Shown one piece after another: positions 35,162 through 44,701 of a DNA stretch of 64,000 nt (positions are counted from its first letter, which is position 1; every line of letters starts with the position of its first letter). Both the position numbers and the translations under genes were made by a program. The notes beneath the pieces were generated by a model. It worked only from the letters and a program-made list of their open reading frames with translations. It made no database searches and was not told where the DNA came from. Origin of the DNA: an uncultured Gemmatimonadales bacterium (GTDB lineage: Bacteria > Gemmatimonadota > Gemmatimonadetes > Longimicrobiales > RSA9); contig CAWFKH010000005.1 of assembly GCA_963816355.1 (NCBI GenBank), forward strand, positions 1-64,000, written 5' to 3'.

Positions 35162-37999
35162 ATGACCTCGATCCACCCGCGACGCCCAGCACCCCTCCCT
35201 CCACGCATTCCACACCGCGCCCTCCTCGCGGCAAGACTCCGCGCCCTCCTCGCGGCCCCGCTCCGCGCCCCCCTGGCCCGACTCCGCGCCCTCCTCCCCG
35301 CGCTCGGCCGCGCCCTCCTCCTCGCCTCCGCCGCGGCCTCCCCGCTCGCGGCGCAGACGACGCACGTCGCGGTGGCGGGCGGCGGCGGTGGCCGGCCTCC
35401 GGCGGCGGCGGCGGCGGAGCGCGTCGTGACCGCGTCCCGCGTCGCCGGCGCGATCGCGCTCGACGGGCGGCTGGACGAGGCGGCGTGGGACGCGGCGGCG
35501 GCGACGTCGTCGCACTTCGTTCAGCTCCGGCCGAGGCCGGGCGAGCCGGCGTCGCAGAGGACCGAGGTGCGCGTGCTCTACGACGACGAGGCGATCTACG
35601 TCGGCGCGCGCATGTACGACACGGCGCCCGATTCGATCGTGGCGCGGCTGGGGCGGCGCGACGATCACCCGCAGTCGGACTGGTTCACGCTCGCGCTCGA
35701 CAGCTACGACGACCACCGGACGGCGTTCGTCTTCGCGGTGAACCCGAAGGGTGTGCTGTTCGACGAGTTCATCTACAACGACACGCAGGAGGACGCGAGC
35801 TGGGACGCGGTGTGGGAGGCGAAGGCGGCGGTCGACTCGCTGGGCTGGACGGCGGAGCTGCGGATCCCGTTCTCGCAGCTCCGCTACGACGCGAACGGCG
35901 CGGGTCCGACGCGCTGGGGCATCGAGTTCCAGCGCGATCTCTCCCGGCGCGGCGAGCAGTCGTTCTGGGCGCCGATCGACCCGAGCTCCTCGAAGCTGGT
36001 GTCGGCGTTCGGCACGCTGCGCGGGCTCGGCCGCCTGCGCTCGCCGCGCCACCTCGAGATCCAGCCGTACACGCTCGCGAAGCTGGAGCGGCAGCCGGGC
36101 GACGCCGCCGACCCGTTCCACCGCGCCAACGACTTCTCCGGCGGCGTGGGCGCGGACCTGAAGTACGGCCTGACGTCGAACCTCACCCTGACCGCGACGA
36201 TCAACCCGGACTTCGGCCAGGTCGAGGCGGACCCTTCCGTGGTCAACCTGTCGGCGTACGAGAGCTACTTCCCGGAGAAGCGGCCGTTCTTCGTCGAGGG
36301 GGCCGACATCTTCAATTTCGGCATCGGCCTCGGCGACGGCGACCTGGGCAACGAATCGCTCTTTTACACGCGCCGCATCGGCGCGGCGCCGCACGGCGAC
36401 CTGCCCGACGACGCCGCCTACGGCACGGTGCCGGCCGCGACGCCGATCATCGGCGCGGCGAAGGTCTCGGGCAAGACGCCGAGCGGCTGGTCGATGGGCT
36501 TCATGGACGCGGTCACGGCGCGGCAGACGGCGCCGTACGCGCTCGACGGCGGCGCGCGCGGGAGCGCGGCGGTGGAGCCGCTCACGAACTACGCGGTGGG
36601 CCGCATCATCCGGGACTTCCGCCAGGGGCAGTCCGCCATCGGCGGTATCTTCACGGCGACGAACCGCAACCTCGACGCCGCCCGGCTCGACTTCCTGAAC
36701 CGCTCCGCCTACACCGGCGGCGCCGACTTCCGGCACCGCTGGGGCGGCGGCGACTACCAGGTGAGCGGCTTCCTGATCGGCAGCGTCGTCCGCGGCAGCA
36801 CGGACGCGATCACGCGCGTGCAGGAGGCGCCCGGCCGCTATTTCCAGCGCCCCGACGCCGACTACGTCACGTTCGACTCGACGCGCACCTCGCTGGCGGG
36901 GACCGCGGCGCAGGTGCAGGTCGGCAAGATCGGCGGCGGCAACTGGGTCTGGCTCGCCGCGCTGCACATGATCTCGCCCGGCTTCGAGGTGAACGACGTC
37001 GGCTTCCAGACGCAGCACGACCTGATCGAGAACGTCGGCTACGTCGGCTACCAGCAGTTCCAGCCGCGCGCGCCGTTCCGCCGCTGGCGCGTCAACGTCA
37101 ACGGCTGGCACGGCTACGACTTCGGCGGCGACCTGACCAGCCTCGGCGGCAACGTCAACGCGAACTTCGACCTGGTCAGCTTCTGGAGCGGCTATGGCGG
37201 CGTGGGCTTCAACGGCGCGGTGCTGTCGACCGACGCGCTGCGCGGCGGCCCCGCGCTGCGCACGACGAACCGGATGAACGCCTTCGGCGGCGTCGGCACG
37301 GACAGCCGCCGGGCCCTGCGCCTGGGCATCGACGGCGACGCCGGGCTCGACCTCGAGAACGACGGCCACTCCTTCGGCGTATACCCGTCGCTGAGTTGGC
37401 GCGCGTCCTCGCAACTCGACCTGTCGTTCCGCCCCTCCGTGAGGTGGAACCGGAACGACGCGCAGTACGTGACGCAGGAGGATTTCGCCGGCCGCACGCA
37501 CTACTACTTCGGCCGCATCGACCAGACGACCGTCTCCTTCACGACGCGCCTCGGCTACACCTTCACGCCCGACCTCTCGCTCCAGCTCTACGCGCAGCCG
37601 TTCGTCAGCGCCGGCGCGTACTCGGATTTCAGGGAGGTGGTCGCGCCGCGCGCGCACGCCTTCGGCGACCGCTTCCACACGCTGCGGCCGGACGAGATCC
37701 GCTACGACGCCGACGCCGAGCAGTACCTCGTGGCCGCCGGCGGCACCCCCGATGCCGTCGCCTTCGACCGCCCGGACTTCGACTTCAAGCAGCTCCGCTC
37801 GACTGCCGTGCTGCGCTGGGAGTACCGCCCCGGCTCGACGCTCTTCGTCGTGTGGAGCCAGGGCCGCACCGGCTCGAGCAGCGACGGCACGCTGCGGTTC
37901 GGCCGGGACTTCGGCAGCCTGTTCGGGAACGACCCCGGCGGCGAGATCTCGGGGGAGAACGTCCTGCTGGTCAAGTTGACGTACTGGTTGGGGACCTAA
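35162..37999 (+). CDS. DUF5916 / CBM9-like domain outer-membrane protein
   Basis: LDGRLDEAAW, TEVRVLYDDEAIYVG, GWTAELRIPFSQLRY, TINPDFGQVEAD, EKRPFFVEG, LRWEYRPGSTLFVVW; C-terminal KLTYW. Start uncertain (35051 or 35162). Confidence 0.82.
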   Translation: MTSIHPRRPAPLPPRIPHRALLAARLRALLAAPLRAPLARLRALLPALGRALLLASAAASPLAAQTTHVAVAGGGGGRPPAAAAAERVVTASRVAGAIALDGRLDEAAWDAAAATSSHFVQLRPRPGEPASQRTEVRVLYDDEAIYVGARMYDTAPDSIVARLGRRDDHPQSDWFTLALDSYDDHRTAFVFAVNPKGVLFDEFIYNDTQEDASWDAVWEAKAAVDSLGWTAELRIPFSQLRYDANGAGPTRWGIEFQRDLSRRGEQSFWAPIDPSSSKLVSAFGTLRGLGRLRSPRHLEIQPYTLAKLERQPGDAADPFHRANDFSGGVGADLKYGLTSNLTLTATINPDFGQVEADPSVVNLSAYESYFPEKRPFFVEGADIFNFGIGLGDGDLGNESLFYTRRIGAAPHGDLPDDAAYGTVPAATPIIGAAKVSGKTPSGWSMGFMDAVTARQTAPYALDGGARGSAAVEPLTNYAVGRIIRDFRQGQSAIGGIFTATNRNLDAARLDFLNRSAYTGGADFRHRWGGGDYQVSGFLIGSVVRGSTDAITRVQEAPGRYFQRPDADYVTFDSTRTSLAGTAAQVQVGKIGGGNWVWLAALHMISPGFEVNDVGFQTQHDLIENVGYVGYQQFQPRAPFRRWRVNVNGWHGYDFGGDLTSLGGNVNANFDLVSFWSGYGGVGFNGAVLSTDALRGGPALRTTNRMNAFGGVGTDSRRALRLGIDGDAGLDLENDGHSFGVYPSLSWRASSQLDLSFRPSVRWNRNDAQYVTQEDFAGRTHYYFGRIDQTTVSFTTRLGYTFTPDLSLQLYAQPFVSAGAYSDFREVVAPRAHAFGDRFHTLRPDEIRYDADAEQYLVAAGGTPDAVAFDRPDFDFKQLRSTAVLRWEYRPGSTLFVVWSQGRTGSSSDGTLRFGRDFGSLFGNDPGGEISGENVLLVKLTYWLGT

Positions 38000-38174
38000 G
38001 GGGCGGACCGGGGGGGCGGGGCGGCGTACCCCGGACCGGTCTGCGGTCTGCGGATGCGGTCTGGGGACGGGATGCGGTACGGGGTCTGGGGGGCGCGCTC
38101 TCGCTTCGCGAGAGGCGCGGGGGCGGGGGTCTTGGGTCTGGGGTCTGGGGTCTGGGACCTAAGGGGCGGACCGC

Positions 38175-39521
38175 CTACGGGGATTCGCCGCGGATGAAGT
38201 CGGCGTAGAAGCGGGCGCTCGCCTTGGGCGTGCGGCGCTGCGTGGCGTAATCCACGTGGACGATGCCGAAGCGCTTCGAGTAGCCGAGGCTCCACTCGTA
38301 GTTGTCGAGCAGCGACCACGCGAAGTAGCCGCGCACGTCGACCCCGGCCGCGATCGCGGCGCGCACGGCGCCGAGGTGCTCGCGCAGGTAGGCGACGCGG
38401 AGCGGGTCGTCGACGCCGCCGGCGGGCGGCGTCGGCGGGTCGTAGAACGCGGCGCCGTTCTCGGTGACGTAGATCGGCACCGGTCCGTAGCGCTCGTGGG
38501 CCCAGCGCAGCACATCGGTGAACGCGGGTGCGTACACCTCCCAGCCGGTCTCCGTGTAGGTGTGGCCCGGCTGGGGGACGGTGGCGGCGCGCACCGGCGG
38601 CGAGGCCGGGTCGGCGCGCGTCACCGCGCGGGTGTAGTAGTTGATGCCCAGGAAGTCGATGGGCTGCCGGATCAGGTCCATGTCCGCCGCCGCGAAATCC
38701 GGCCACGCCTCGCCGAAGACGTCGCGCATCTCCGGCGGATACGCGCCGCGGAAGACCGGGTCGAGGTACTGCCGGTTCATGTACGCGTCGGCGCGCGCCG
38801 TCGCGGCCACATCCTCTTCGCTCTCGGACGCGGCGACCTTCGGCTCGAGGTTGACGACGAGGCCGATCCCGCCGCTCGCCGGGGCCGCCTCGGCGCGGTA
38901 CGCCTGCACGCCCGCGCCGTGCGCGCGCAGCAGGTTGTGGCTGGCGAGCGGCGCCTCGAAGAGGTTGCGGTGGCCGGGCGCGAGCGCGCCGTGCAGGTAG
39001 CCGCCGTCGCTCACCACCCACGGCTCGTTCAGCGTCGCCCACCCCTCCATGCGGTCGCCCAGCCGCCGCACGACGACGCGCAGGTACTCCGCGAACCAGT
39101 CGGCGATGTCGCGGTTCAGCCAGCCGCCGCGGTCGTCGAGCGCGGCCGGCAGGTCCCAGTGGTAGAGCGTGGCGAACGGCCGGATGCCGTGCTCGAGCAG
39201 CGCGTCGACCAGCCGCTCGTAGAAGTCGAGCCCCGCCTCGTTCACGCGCCCGACCCCCTCCGGCAGCACGCGGCCCCACGCGACGCTGAAGCGGTAGGCG
39301 CCCAGCCCCAGCTCCGCCATCAGCCGCACGTCGTCCGCGTAGCGACGGTAGTGGTCGCACGCGACGTCGCCCGTCTCGTCCCGGTGCGTCCGCCCCGGCG
39401 TGTGCGAGAAGCGGTGCCAGATGCTCGGCCCCGCGCCGTCGGCGAGCGGCGAGCCCTCGATCTGGTACGCCGACGTCGCCGCGCCCCACAGGAAGCCGTC
39501 CGGATATTCTCGAGAAGCCAT
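38175..39521 (-). CDS. GH1 beta-glucosidase
   Basis: FLWGAATSAYQIEG, TLNEP (acid/base), YVTENG (nucleophile), WSLLDNYEW. Confidence 0.95.
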   Translation of the reverse strand: MASREYPDGFLWGAATSAYQIEGSPLADGAGPSIWHRFSHTPGRTHRDETGDVACDHYRRYADDVRLMAELGLGAYRFSVAWGRVLPEGVGRVNEAGLDFYERLVDALLEHGIRPFATLYHWDLPAALDDRGGWLNRDIADWFAEYLRVVVRRLGDRMEGWATLNEPWVVSDGGYLHGALAPGHRNLFEAPLASHNLLRAHGAGVQAYRAEAAPASGGIGLVVNLEPKVAASESEEDVAATARADAYMNRQYLDPVFRGAYPPEMRDVFGEAWPDFAAADMDLIRQPIDFLGINYYTRAVTRADPASPPVRAATVPQPGHTYTETGWEVYAPAFTDVLRWAHERYGPVPIYVTENGAAFYDPPTPPAGGVDDPLRVAYLREHLGAVRAAIAAGVDVRGYFAWSLLDNYEWSLGYSKRFGIVHVDYATQRRTPKASARFYADFIRGESP

Positions 39522-39546
39522 TTCGCTCGCGTCGCAGATGTGAGCC

Positions 39547-42500
39547 TCAGGGATGGGAGCCGGGGTTCGCCCGGACGAGCACCACCGCGGGCACACGCCG
39601 TACCACCACGCCGTCGGGCGTGACCGGCGCGGGGCGGCCGTTCACCGTGGCGCGCCGCGTCCCGCCACCCGCGCCCGCGCCGCCGCCTCGAGCCGCGCCG
39701 CCGCCGCGAGCCGCGCCGCCGCCTCGAGCCGCGCCGCCACCCGGGGCGGCGCCGGCGGCCGGAGCGGCGTCGCCCGCGGCCGGCAGCCGCACCACGATGC
39801 CGCCCGCCGGCACCGTGACGCCGCCCGCGATCGCGACGCGCAGCGCGTCGCCGTCACGGCGCATCGTGTAGCTCAGCGGGCCGTACTCCGTGCGCAGTCC
39901 GTCGACCACGACGCCGCTCCCCTCCGTCCACGCGGGCGCGACGCCGGCGCCGATGACGAGCGCGTGGTCCGCGGGGCGGAGGTAGGCGAGCATGTCGAGC
40001 GCGGAGCGCATGAAGTCGGAGCCGACCCACGCGTGCGGCATGTCGCCGATGAACTTCGGCGTGCGCGCGTCGCGCCACACCACCTCGGGCCACTGGTTCC
40101 ACGCGCGCGGCCGGCGGTCGGCGAGGAAGTAGGCGAGCGCCTCGCGCGCGCGCTCCGGCTCGCCCAGCCGCACGAACGTGCCGACCGTGCGCAGCTCGTA
40201 CGGCGTGTAGGCGTCCCACGGCTTCGCGCCGTCGCGGCGCGCGACGAACTCGCGCCAGTAGCGCTCGAACGTGTTGCGCAGCGCCGGCTCCGGCAGGTTC
40301 GCCAGCTCGCCCACGGGCGCGACGCCGACCGTCGTCGAGGTGGCGTCGAAGTCGCCCAGCTCGACGGAGCCGGGGATGTAGTCGATGCCGTGCAGCGCCA
40401 TCGCGGCGCGCATCGACGCCACGAGGTCGCGGCGGAAGTCGGCCGCCTGCCGCGCGTAGCGGCCGGCGGCATCCCCGCGGCCGGCGCCGCCACCGCCGCC
40501 GCCGGCCGCCTCGCCCATCACGCCCGCCAGGAACGCGGCGTCCTCGAGGCCGCGCAGCGCCCACAGGTCGTCCCAGTACGAGTGCATGGGCTTCGCCGAG
40601 TAGCCCTCGTGGCTGATCGACTCCGGCAGCAGCCCGAAGAACGCGCGCTTCGCCGGCGCCCGGTACTCCGCCGTCATGCGCTGCGCGCGCAGCGTGTCGA
40701 TGTAGTCCGCGGCGCGCGCGACGTACGGCCACACGTCGCGCACGAGAGCGGTGTCGCCCGTGAAGCGGAAGTAGTGTGCGACGAGGTAGACGAACTCGCC
40801 GTTGCTGTCGTTCTCCGGCACCGGCTCCGCGCCGCGCCGGTCGACGCAGCACGGCACCTTGCCGCTCGCGAACTGGTACGGCGCGTACCACTCGATGAAG
40901 CGGCGCACGTCCTCCGGGTGGCCGAGGCGGAGCAGCGCCGCGGAGATCATCGCGCCGTCGCGGATCCACGCGCGAGCGTAGGAGCGCGATCCCGGCTGCA
41001 GCGCGGCGCCGTCCGCGTCGACCAGGATCCACGCCAGGTTGCTGCGCAGCGTCTGCGCGATCGGCCCCGCGGTGTCCGGCAGCGCGATGCGCACGCGGTC
41101 GAGCGACGCGCGCCACCGCCGCGCCGTCGTCGCGAGCAGCGAGTCGACGCGGTCCGCGACGGCCGCGCGCGCGTCCTCCGCCGCGCCGGGGAGCACCGGC
41201 GAGCCTCCGTGCAGCGGCACCGCGAGGGCGATCGTGCGCGCGCCGCGCGGCGGCACCACGAGGTCGTAGGCGAGCGCGGCGGACGCGTGCCGGTGCGGAT
41301 CGACGGCGGCGCCGCCGCCCGGCACCTCGCCGCGCCGCAGCGACGCGATCAGCGGACCGGCGTCGAACGGGATGGCGCCGAAGCCGTCGGGCGGCGTGAG
41401 GAGCACGACGCGCGTGGCGGCGGTGTCGTCGCCCACGCGGACGCGCACCGTGTCGCCGTCGCGGCGGATGGCGCGCACCTCGGCGGCGCCGCCCGGCGTG
41501 TTGAGGAACTGCCACGGCGGGTCGACCTGGAACGGGCGCAGCGCGAGGAGGAGACGCACGCGGTGCGGGCGGGAGTCGTCGTTCTCGACGCGGTAGCGCG
41601 CGTAGAGCGTCGAGGCGCCCTCGTCGCCGGCGGCGAAGGCCGTCGTCACGAGGCGCAGCGCGCCGAAATCGCGCAGCACGGAAGGGATCGGCAGGTCGCC
41701 GTCGCGCAGGCTCTGGCGCGCCTCGCCGTCCGCCCAGGTGAGCAGGCGCCCGTCCACCCACAGGAACGGCTCGATGGAGAACGACGCCTGGCCGGTCTCG
41801 AGCATGCCGTCCTCGTTCAGCAGGCCCTCGCGCCGGTCGTGCGCCGCGCCGACCACGGTCCAGTACGTCTGCTCGCGCGCGAGCCAGCGGGGGTAGTCGC
41901 CGCGCGGCGCGGCGGCGGCGACGGCGAAGAAGAAGGAGTCGGCGGAGGCGCCGAAGCCGGGCGGCCTCACGTCGACCTCGCGCAGCACGTAGGCGCTCGC
42001 GCCGGCGAGCCGGTGGAGCGCGAGGCGGAGGTGGCGGGACTCCGTCTCCGGCAGGCGGATGTAGTCCCTGCCGCCGTTGCCGGCCGCGACGGCGTAGCGC
42101 GTCTCCCAGCGCGCGCCGTCGTCGGAGGTCTGGACGTCGTACGCGGTCGCGTGGCCGGCGCCCCAGTCGAGGACGACGCCGCCGTACTCGCGCTCGCGCA
42201 GGAAGTCGAGCGCCAGCCACTGCTCGCCGCCGCCCGCGCTGCGCCACGCGGTGACGGTGTCGCCGTCGACCGCCGCGGCGGCATCGCCCGCGGCGGAGGA
42301 CGCGGTCGCGCGCGGCGTGAGGTCGTACGGCCGCTCGGGCGGCAGCGGCCGCAGCTCGAGGCGGTCGATCCACACGCTTCCCTTCCCCCCGCTCCCCGCC
42401 GTCACGACGATCTCCAGCGACGCCACGTGCTCCGCCTCGCCGCCACCCGCCGGGCCCCACGCGAACTCGATCTGCCGCTTGCGCGTGACCAGCGTGCGCC

Positions 42501-42948
42501 ACTCCGTCGGGAAGCGGAAGTCGCGGCGGTTGCGCCACCATACGTTGTCGCCGCTCGCGTCGACCAGCTTGAATTCCAGATTCTCGCGCGGCGCGTCGGC
42601 GCGGATGCGGAAGCGGAACTCGTAGTTCGGCGGCAGGTCGAGGTCCACGGCGCGGCGCGCGATCGCGTAGCCGGCGTGGCCGTGGAAGTCGAAGTCCAGC
42701 CGCATCGAGCGGCCCGCCTCGCCGGAGTCGGAGCGGATGTCGAGCGTCACGCCGTCGGACGGGTGCGCGCTCCACGCGGCGACGGTGTCGAAGCGATCGA
42801 TCACGAGCGGCGGCGGCACCGTGTCGGGCGCGGCGGCGGCGGCGGCGCCGGCCGCGGGCTCGCCTGGACCGGCCTCCGGCGCGCGCGACGCGCACGCCGC
42901 GGCGAGCAGCAGCGGCAGCGGGAGGGCGGCGAGCGCGGAAAGCCTCAT
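39547..42948 (-). CDS. Lipoprotein with a CBM-like domain, a discoidin (F5/8 type C) domain and a C-terminal (alpha/alpha)6 glycoside-hydrolase-like domain
   Basis: LAAAC lipobox; AVDGDTVTAWRS...QWLALDF discoidin signature; PGSRSYARAWIRDGA, ENDSNGE, ESISHEGY..KPMHSYWD. Confidence 0.75.
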   Translation of the reverse strand: MRLSALAALPLPLLLAAACASRAPEAGPGEPAAGAAAAAAPDTVPPPLVIDRFDTVAAWSAHPSDGVTLDIRSDSGEAGRSMRLDFDFHGHAGYAIARRAVDLDLPPNYEFRFRIRADAPRENLEFKLVDASGDNVWWRNRRDFRFPTEWRTLVTRKRQIEFAWGPAGGGEAEHVASLEIVVTAGSGGKGSVWIDRLELRPLPPERPYDLTPRATASSAAGDAAAAVDGDTVTAWRSAGGGEQWLALDFLREREYGGVVLDWGAGHATAYDVQTSDDGARWETRYAVAAGNGGRDYIRLPETESRHLRLALHRLAGASAYVLREVDVRPPGFGASADSFFFAVAAAAPRGDYPRWLAREQTYWTVVGAAHDRREGLLNEDGMLETGQASFSIEPFLWVDGRLLTWADGEARQSLRDGDLPIPSVLRDFGALRLVTTAFAAGDEGASTLYARYRVENDDSRPHRVRLLLALRPFQVDPPWQFLNTPGGAAEVRAIRRDGDTVRVRVGDDTAATRVVLLTPPDGFGAIPFDAGPLIASLRRGEVPGGGAAVDPHRHASAALAYDLVVPPRGARTIALAVPLHGGSPVLPGAAEDARAAVADRVDSLLATTARRWRASLDRVRIALPDTAGPIAQTLRSNLAWILVDADGAALQPGSRSYARAWIRDGAMISAALLRLGHPEDVRRFIEWYAPYQFASGKVPCCVDRRGAEPVPENDSNGEFVYLVAHYFRFTGDTALVRDVWPYVARAADYIDTLRAQRMTAEYRAPAKRAFFGLLPESISHEGYSAKPMHSYWDDLWALRGLEDAAFLAGVMGEAAGGGGGGAGRGDAAGRYARQAADFRRDLVASMRAAMALHGIDYIPGSVELGDFDATSTTVGVAPVGELANLPEPALRNTFERYWREFVARRDGAKPWDAYTPYELRTVGTFVRLGEPERAREALAYFLADRRPRAWNQWPEVVWRDARTPKFIGDMPHAWVGSDFMRSALDMLAYLRPADHALVIGAGVAPAWTEGSGVVVDGLRTEYGPLSYTMRRDGDALRVAIAGGVTVPAGGIVVRLPAAGDAAPAAGAAPGGGAARGGGAARGGGAARGGGAGAGGGTRRATVNGRPAPVTPDGVVVRRVPAVVLVRANPGSHP

Positions 42949-42976
42949 GCGTGCTCCACCGGCGTGCTCACCCGCC

Positions 42977-43820
42977 TCATCCCTTGACGCTCCCCGCCGT
43001 GATCCCCTGCACGTAGTAGCGTTGCAGGAAGAGGAACACGAGGAGGACGGGGAGGATCGTGACGACGGCGCCGGCCATCATCAGCTCGGTGTCCTGCGCG
43101 TGCTCGCCGAGCAGACTGGCGAGCGCGACGGGGAGCGTGTAGCGGCTCTCGTCGCTGAGCACGATGAGGGGCCACATGAAGTCGTTCCACGTGTTGAGGA
43201 ACGTCCAGATGCCGAGCGTGGCGAGGACCGGCTTGATGACGGGCAGCACGATGGAGGTGTAGATGCGCAGCTCGGAGGCGCCGTCGATGCGCGCGGCGGC
43301 GAGCAGGTCATCCGGCAGCGCCACGGTGTACTGCCGGATCAGGAAGATGGCGAAGATGCTCGCCATGCCGGGCACGATCACGCCCCAGTACGTGTTGACC
43401 AGCCCGAGCTGCTTCATCAGCAGGAAGAGCGGCAGCATCGACACCTGCACCGGCACGACGAGGCCGACGCTGAGCGCGCGGAAGAGCCGGTCGCGGCCGC
43501 GGAAGCGCAGCTTGGCGAACGCGTAGCCGGCGAGCGAGTTCACGAAGAGCGCGATCGTCGTCACGGCCAGTCGCGATGATCGTGCTGTTCAGGAAGTAGC
43601 GGCCGAGGCGCAGCCGGGTGAAGAGGTCCGCGTAGTGGGCCAGGGTGAAGTGCGTCGGCACCAGGCGCGGCGGGTAGCTCGTCGCCTCGCCGGTCGGCAT
43701 GAAGGACGCCATCACCATCCACAGCAGCGGCAGCAGCGCCAGCGCGGCGCCGGCGACGAGGATCGCGTGCAGCAGCACGGCGCGCGCGCGACGTCGCACG
43801 CGGGCGTCACGCCACCTCAT
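42977..43820 (-). CDS. Carbohydrate ABC transporter permease (MalG-like) with a 1-nt frameshift near 43569
   Basis: ...YFLNSTIIAT / VTTIALFVNSLAGYAFAKL... lie in different frames; EAA-like motif AAARIDGAS. Confidence 0.85.
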
Positions 43821-44701
43821 ACGCGCCTGCCGCGCTGCAGGCGCACCTGCACCAGCATCGCCAGGAGCGTCACGACGAAGAGGACGAACGCGATCGAGGC
43901 GGCGTAGCCCATGCGCCACCAGCGGAAGCCCTCCTCGTACATGTAGAGCACCATCGTCGTGGTGCTGCGCACGGGGCCGCCGCGCGTCATGACGTACGGC
44001 TCGGCGAAGACCTGGAAGTAGCCGATCATGGTGACGACGGCGACGAAGAGCGTGGTCGGCGCGAGCAGCGGCAGCGTGACGTGGCGGAAGCGCCAGAACG
44101 CGCCGGCGCCGTCCATCTGCGCCGCTTCGTAGAGCTCGTCCGGGATCGCCTGCAGGCCGGCGATGAAGATCAGCATGTTGTAGCCGAAGTTCTTCCACAC
44201 GGCGAGCAGGATGATGGCCGGCATCGCCCAGTGCGGGTCGCCGAGCCAGTCGATCGGGTGCAGCCCGACCGCCGTCAGGCCGTAGTTGATCAGGCCGTAG
44301 CGCGGGTGATACAGGTAGCGCCACACGATCGCGACGGCGACCAGCGTCGTGACGAACGGCGCGAAGTACGCCGTGCGGAAGAACGTGCGGAAGCGCAGCC
44401 CCTTCGCGTTGAGCAGCAGCGCCGCGCCCAGCGCCACCGCGATCGTCAGCGGCCCGCACACCACCGCGAAGTAGATCGTGTTGCGCAGCGCGACCCAGAA
44501 GTCGTGCGTGCCGAGCAGCCGCGCGTAGTTGGCCAGGCCGACGAAACGCGCGTTCGCCGGGTCGGCGATCGCGTAGATGTCGTAGTCCGTCACGCTCAGG
44601 AAGAGCGACGCCGCGATCGGCAGGAAGAAGAAGACCCCGATCAGTGCCACGGCGGGCGCGACGAACGCCCACCCGGCGCGGCCGGAGCGGTCCTCCCTCA
44701 T
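43817..44701 (-). CDS. Carbohydrate ABC transporter permease (MalF-like)
   Basis: FVGLANY, LYEAAQMDGA, GYAASIA; ATGA overlaps at both ends. Confidence 0.92.
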   Translation of the reverse strand: MREDRSGRAGWAFVAPAVALIGVFFFLPIAASLFLSVTDYDIYAIADPANARFVGLANYARLLGTHDFWVALRNTIYFAVVCGPLTIAVALGAALLLNAKGLRFRTFFRTAYFAPFVTTLVAVAIVWRYLYHPRYGLINYGLTAVGLHPIDWLGDPHWAMPAIILLAVWKNFGYNMLIFIAGLQAIPDELYEAAQMDGAGAFWRFRHVTLPLLAPTTLFVAVVTMIGYFQVFAEPYVMTRGGPVRSTTTMVLYMYEEGFRWWRMGYAASIAFVLFVVTLLAMLVQVRLQRGRRV

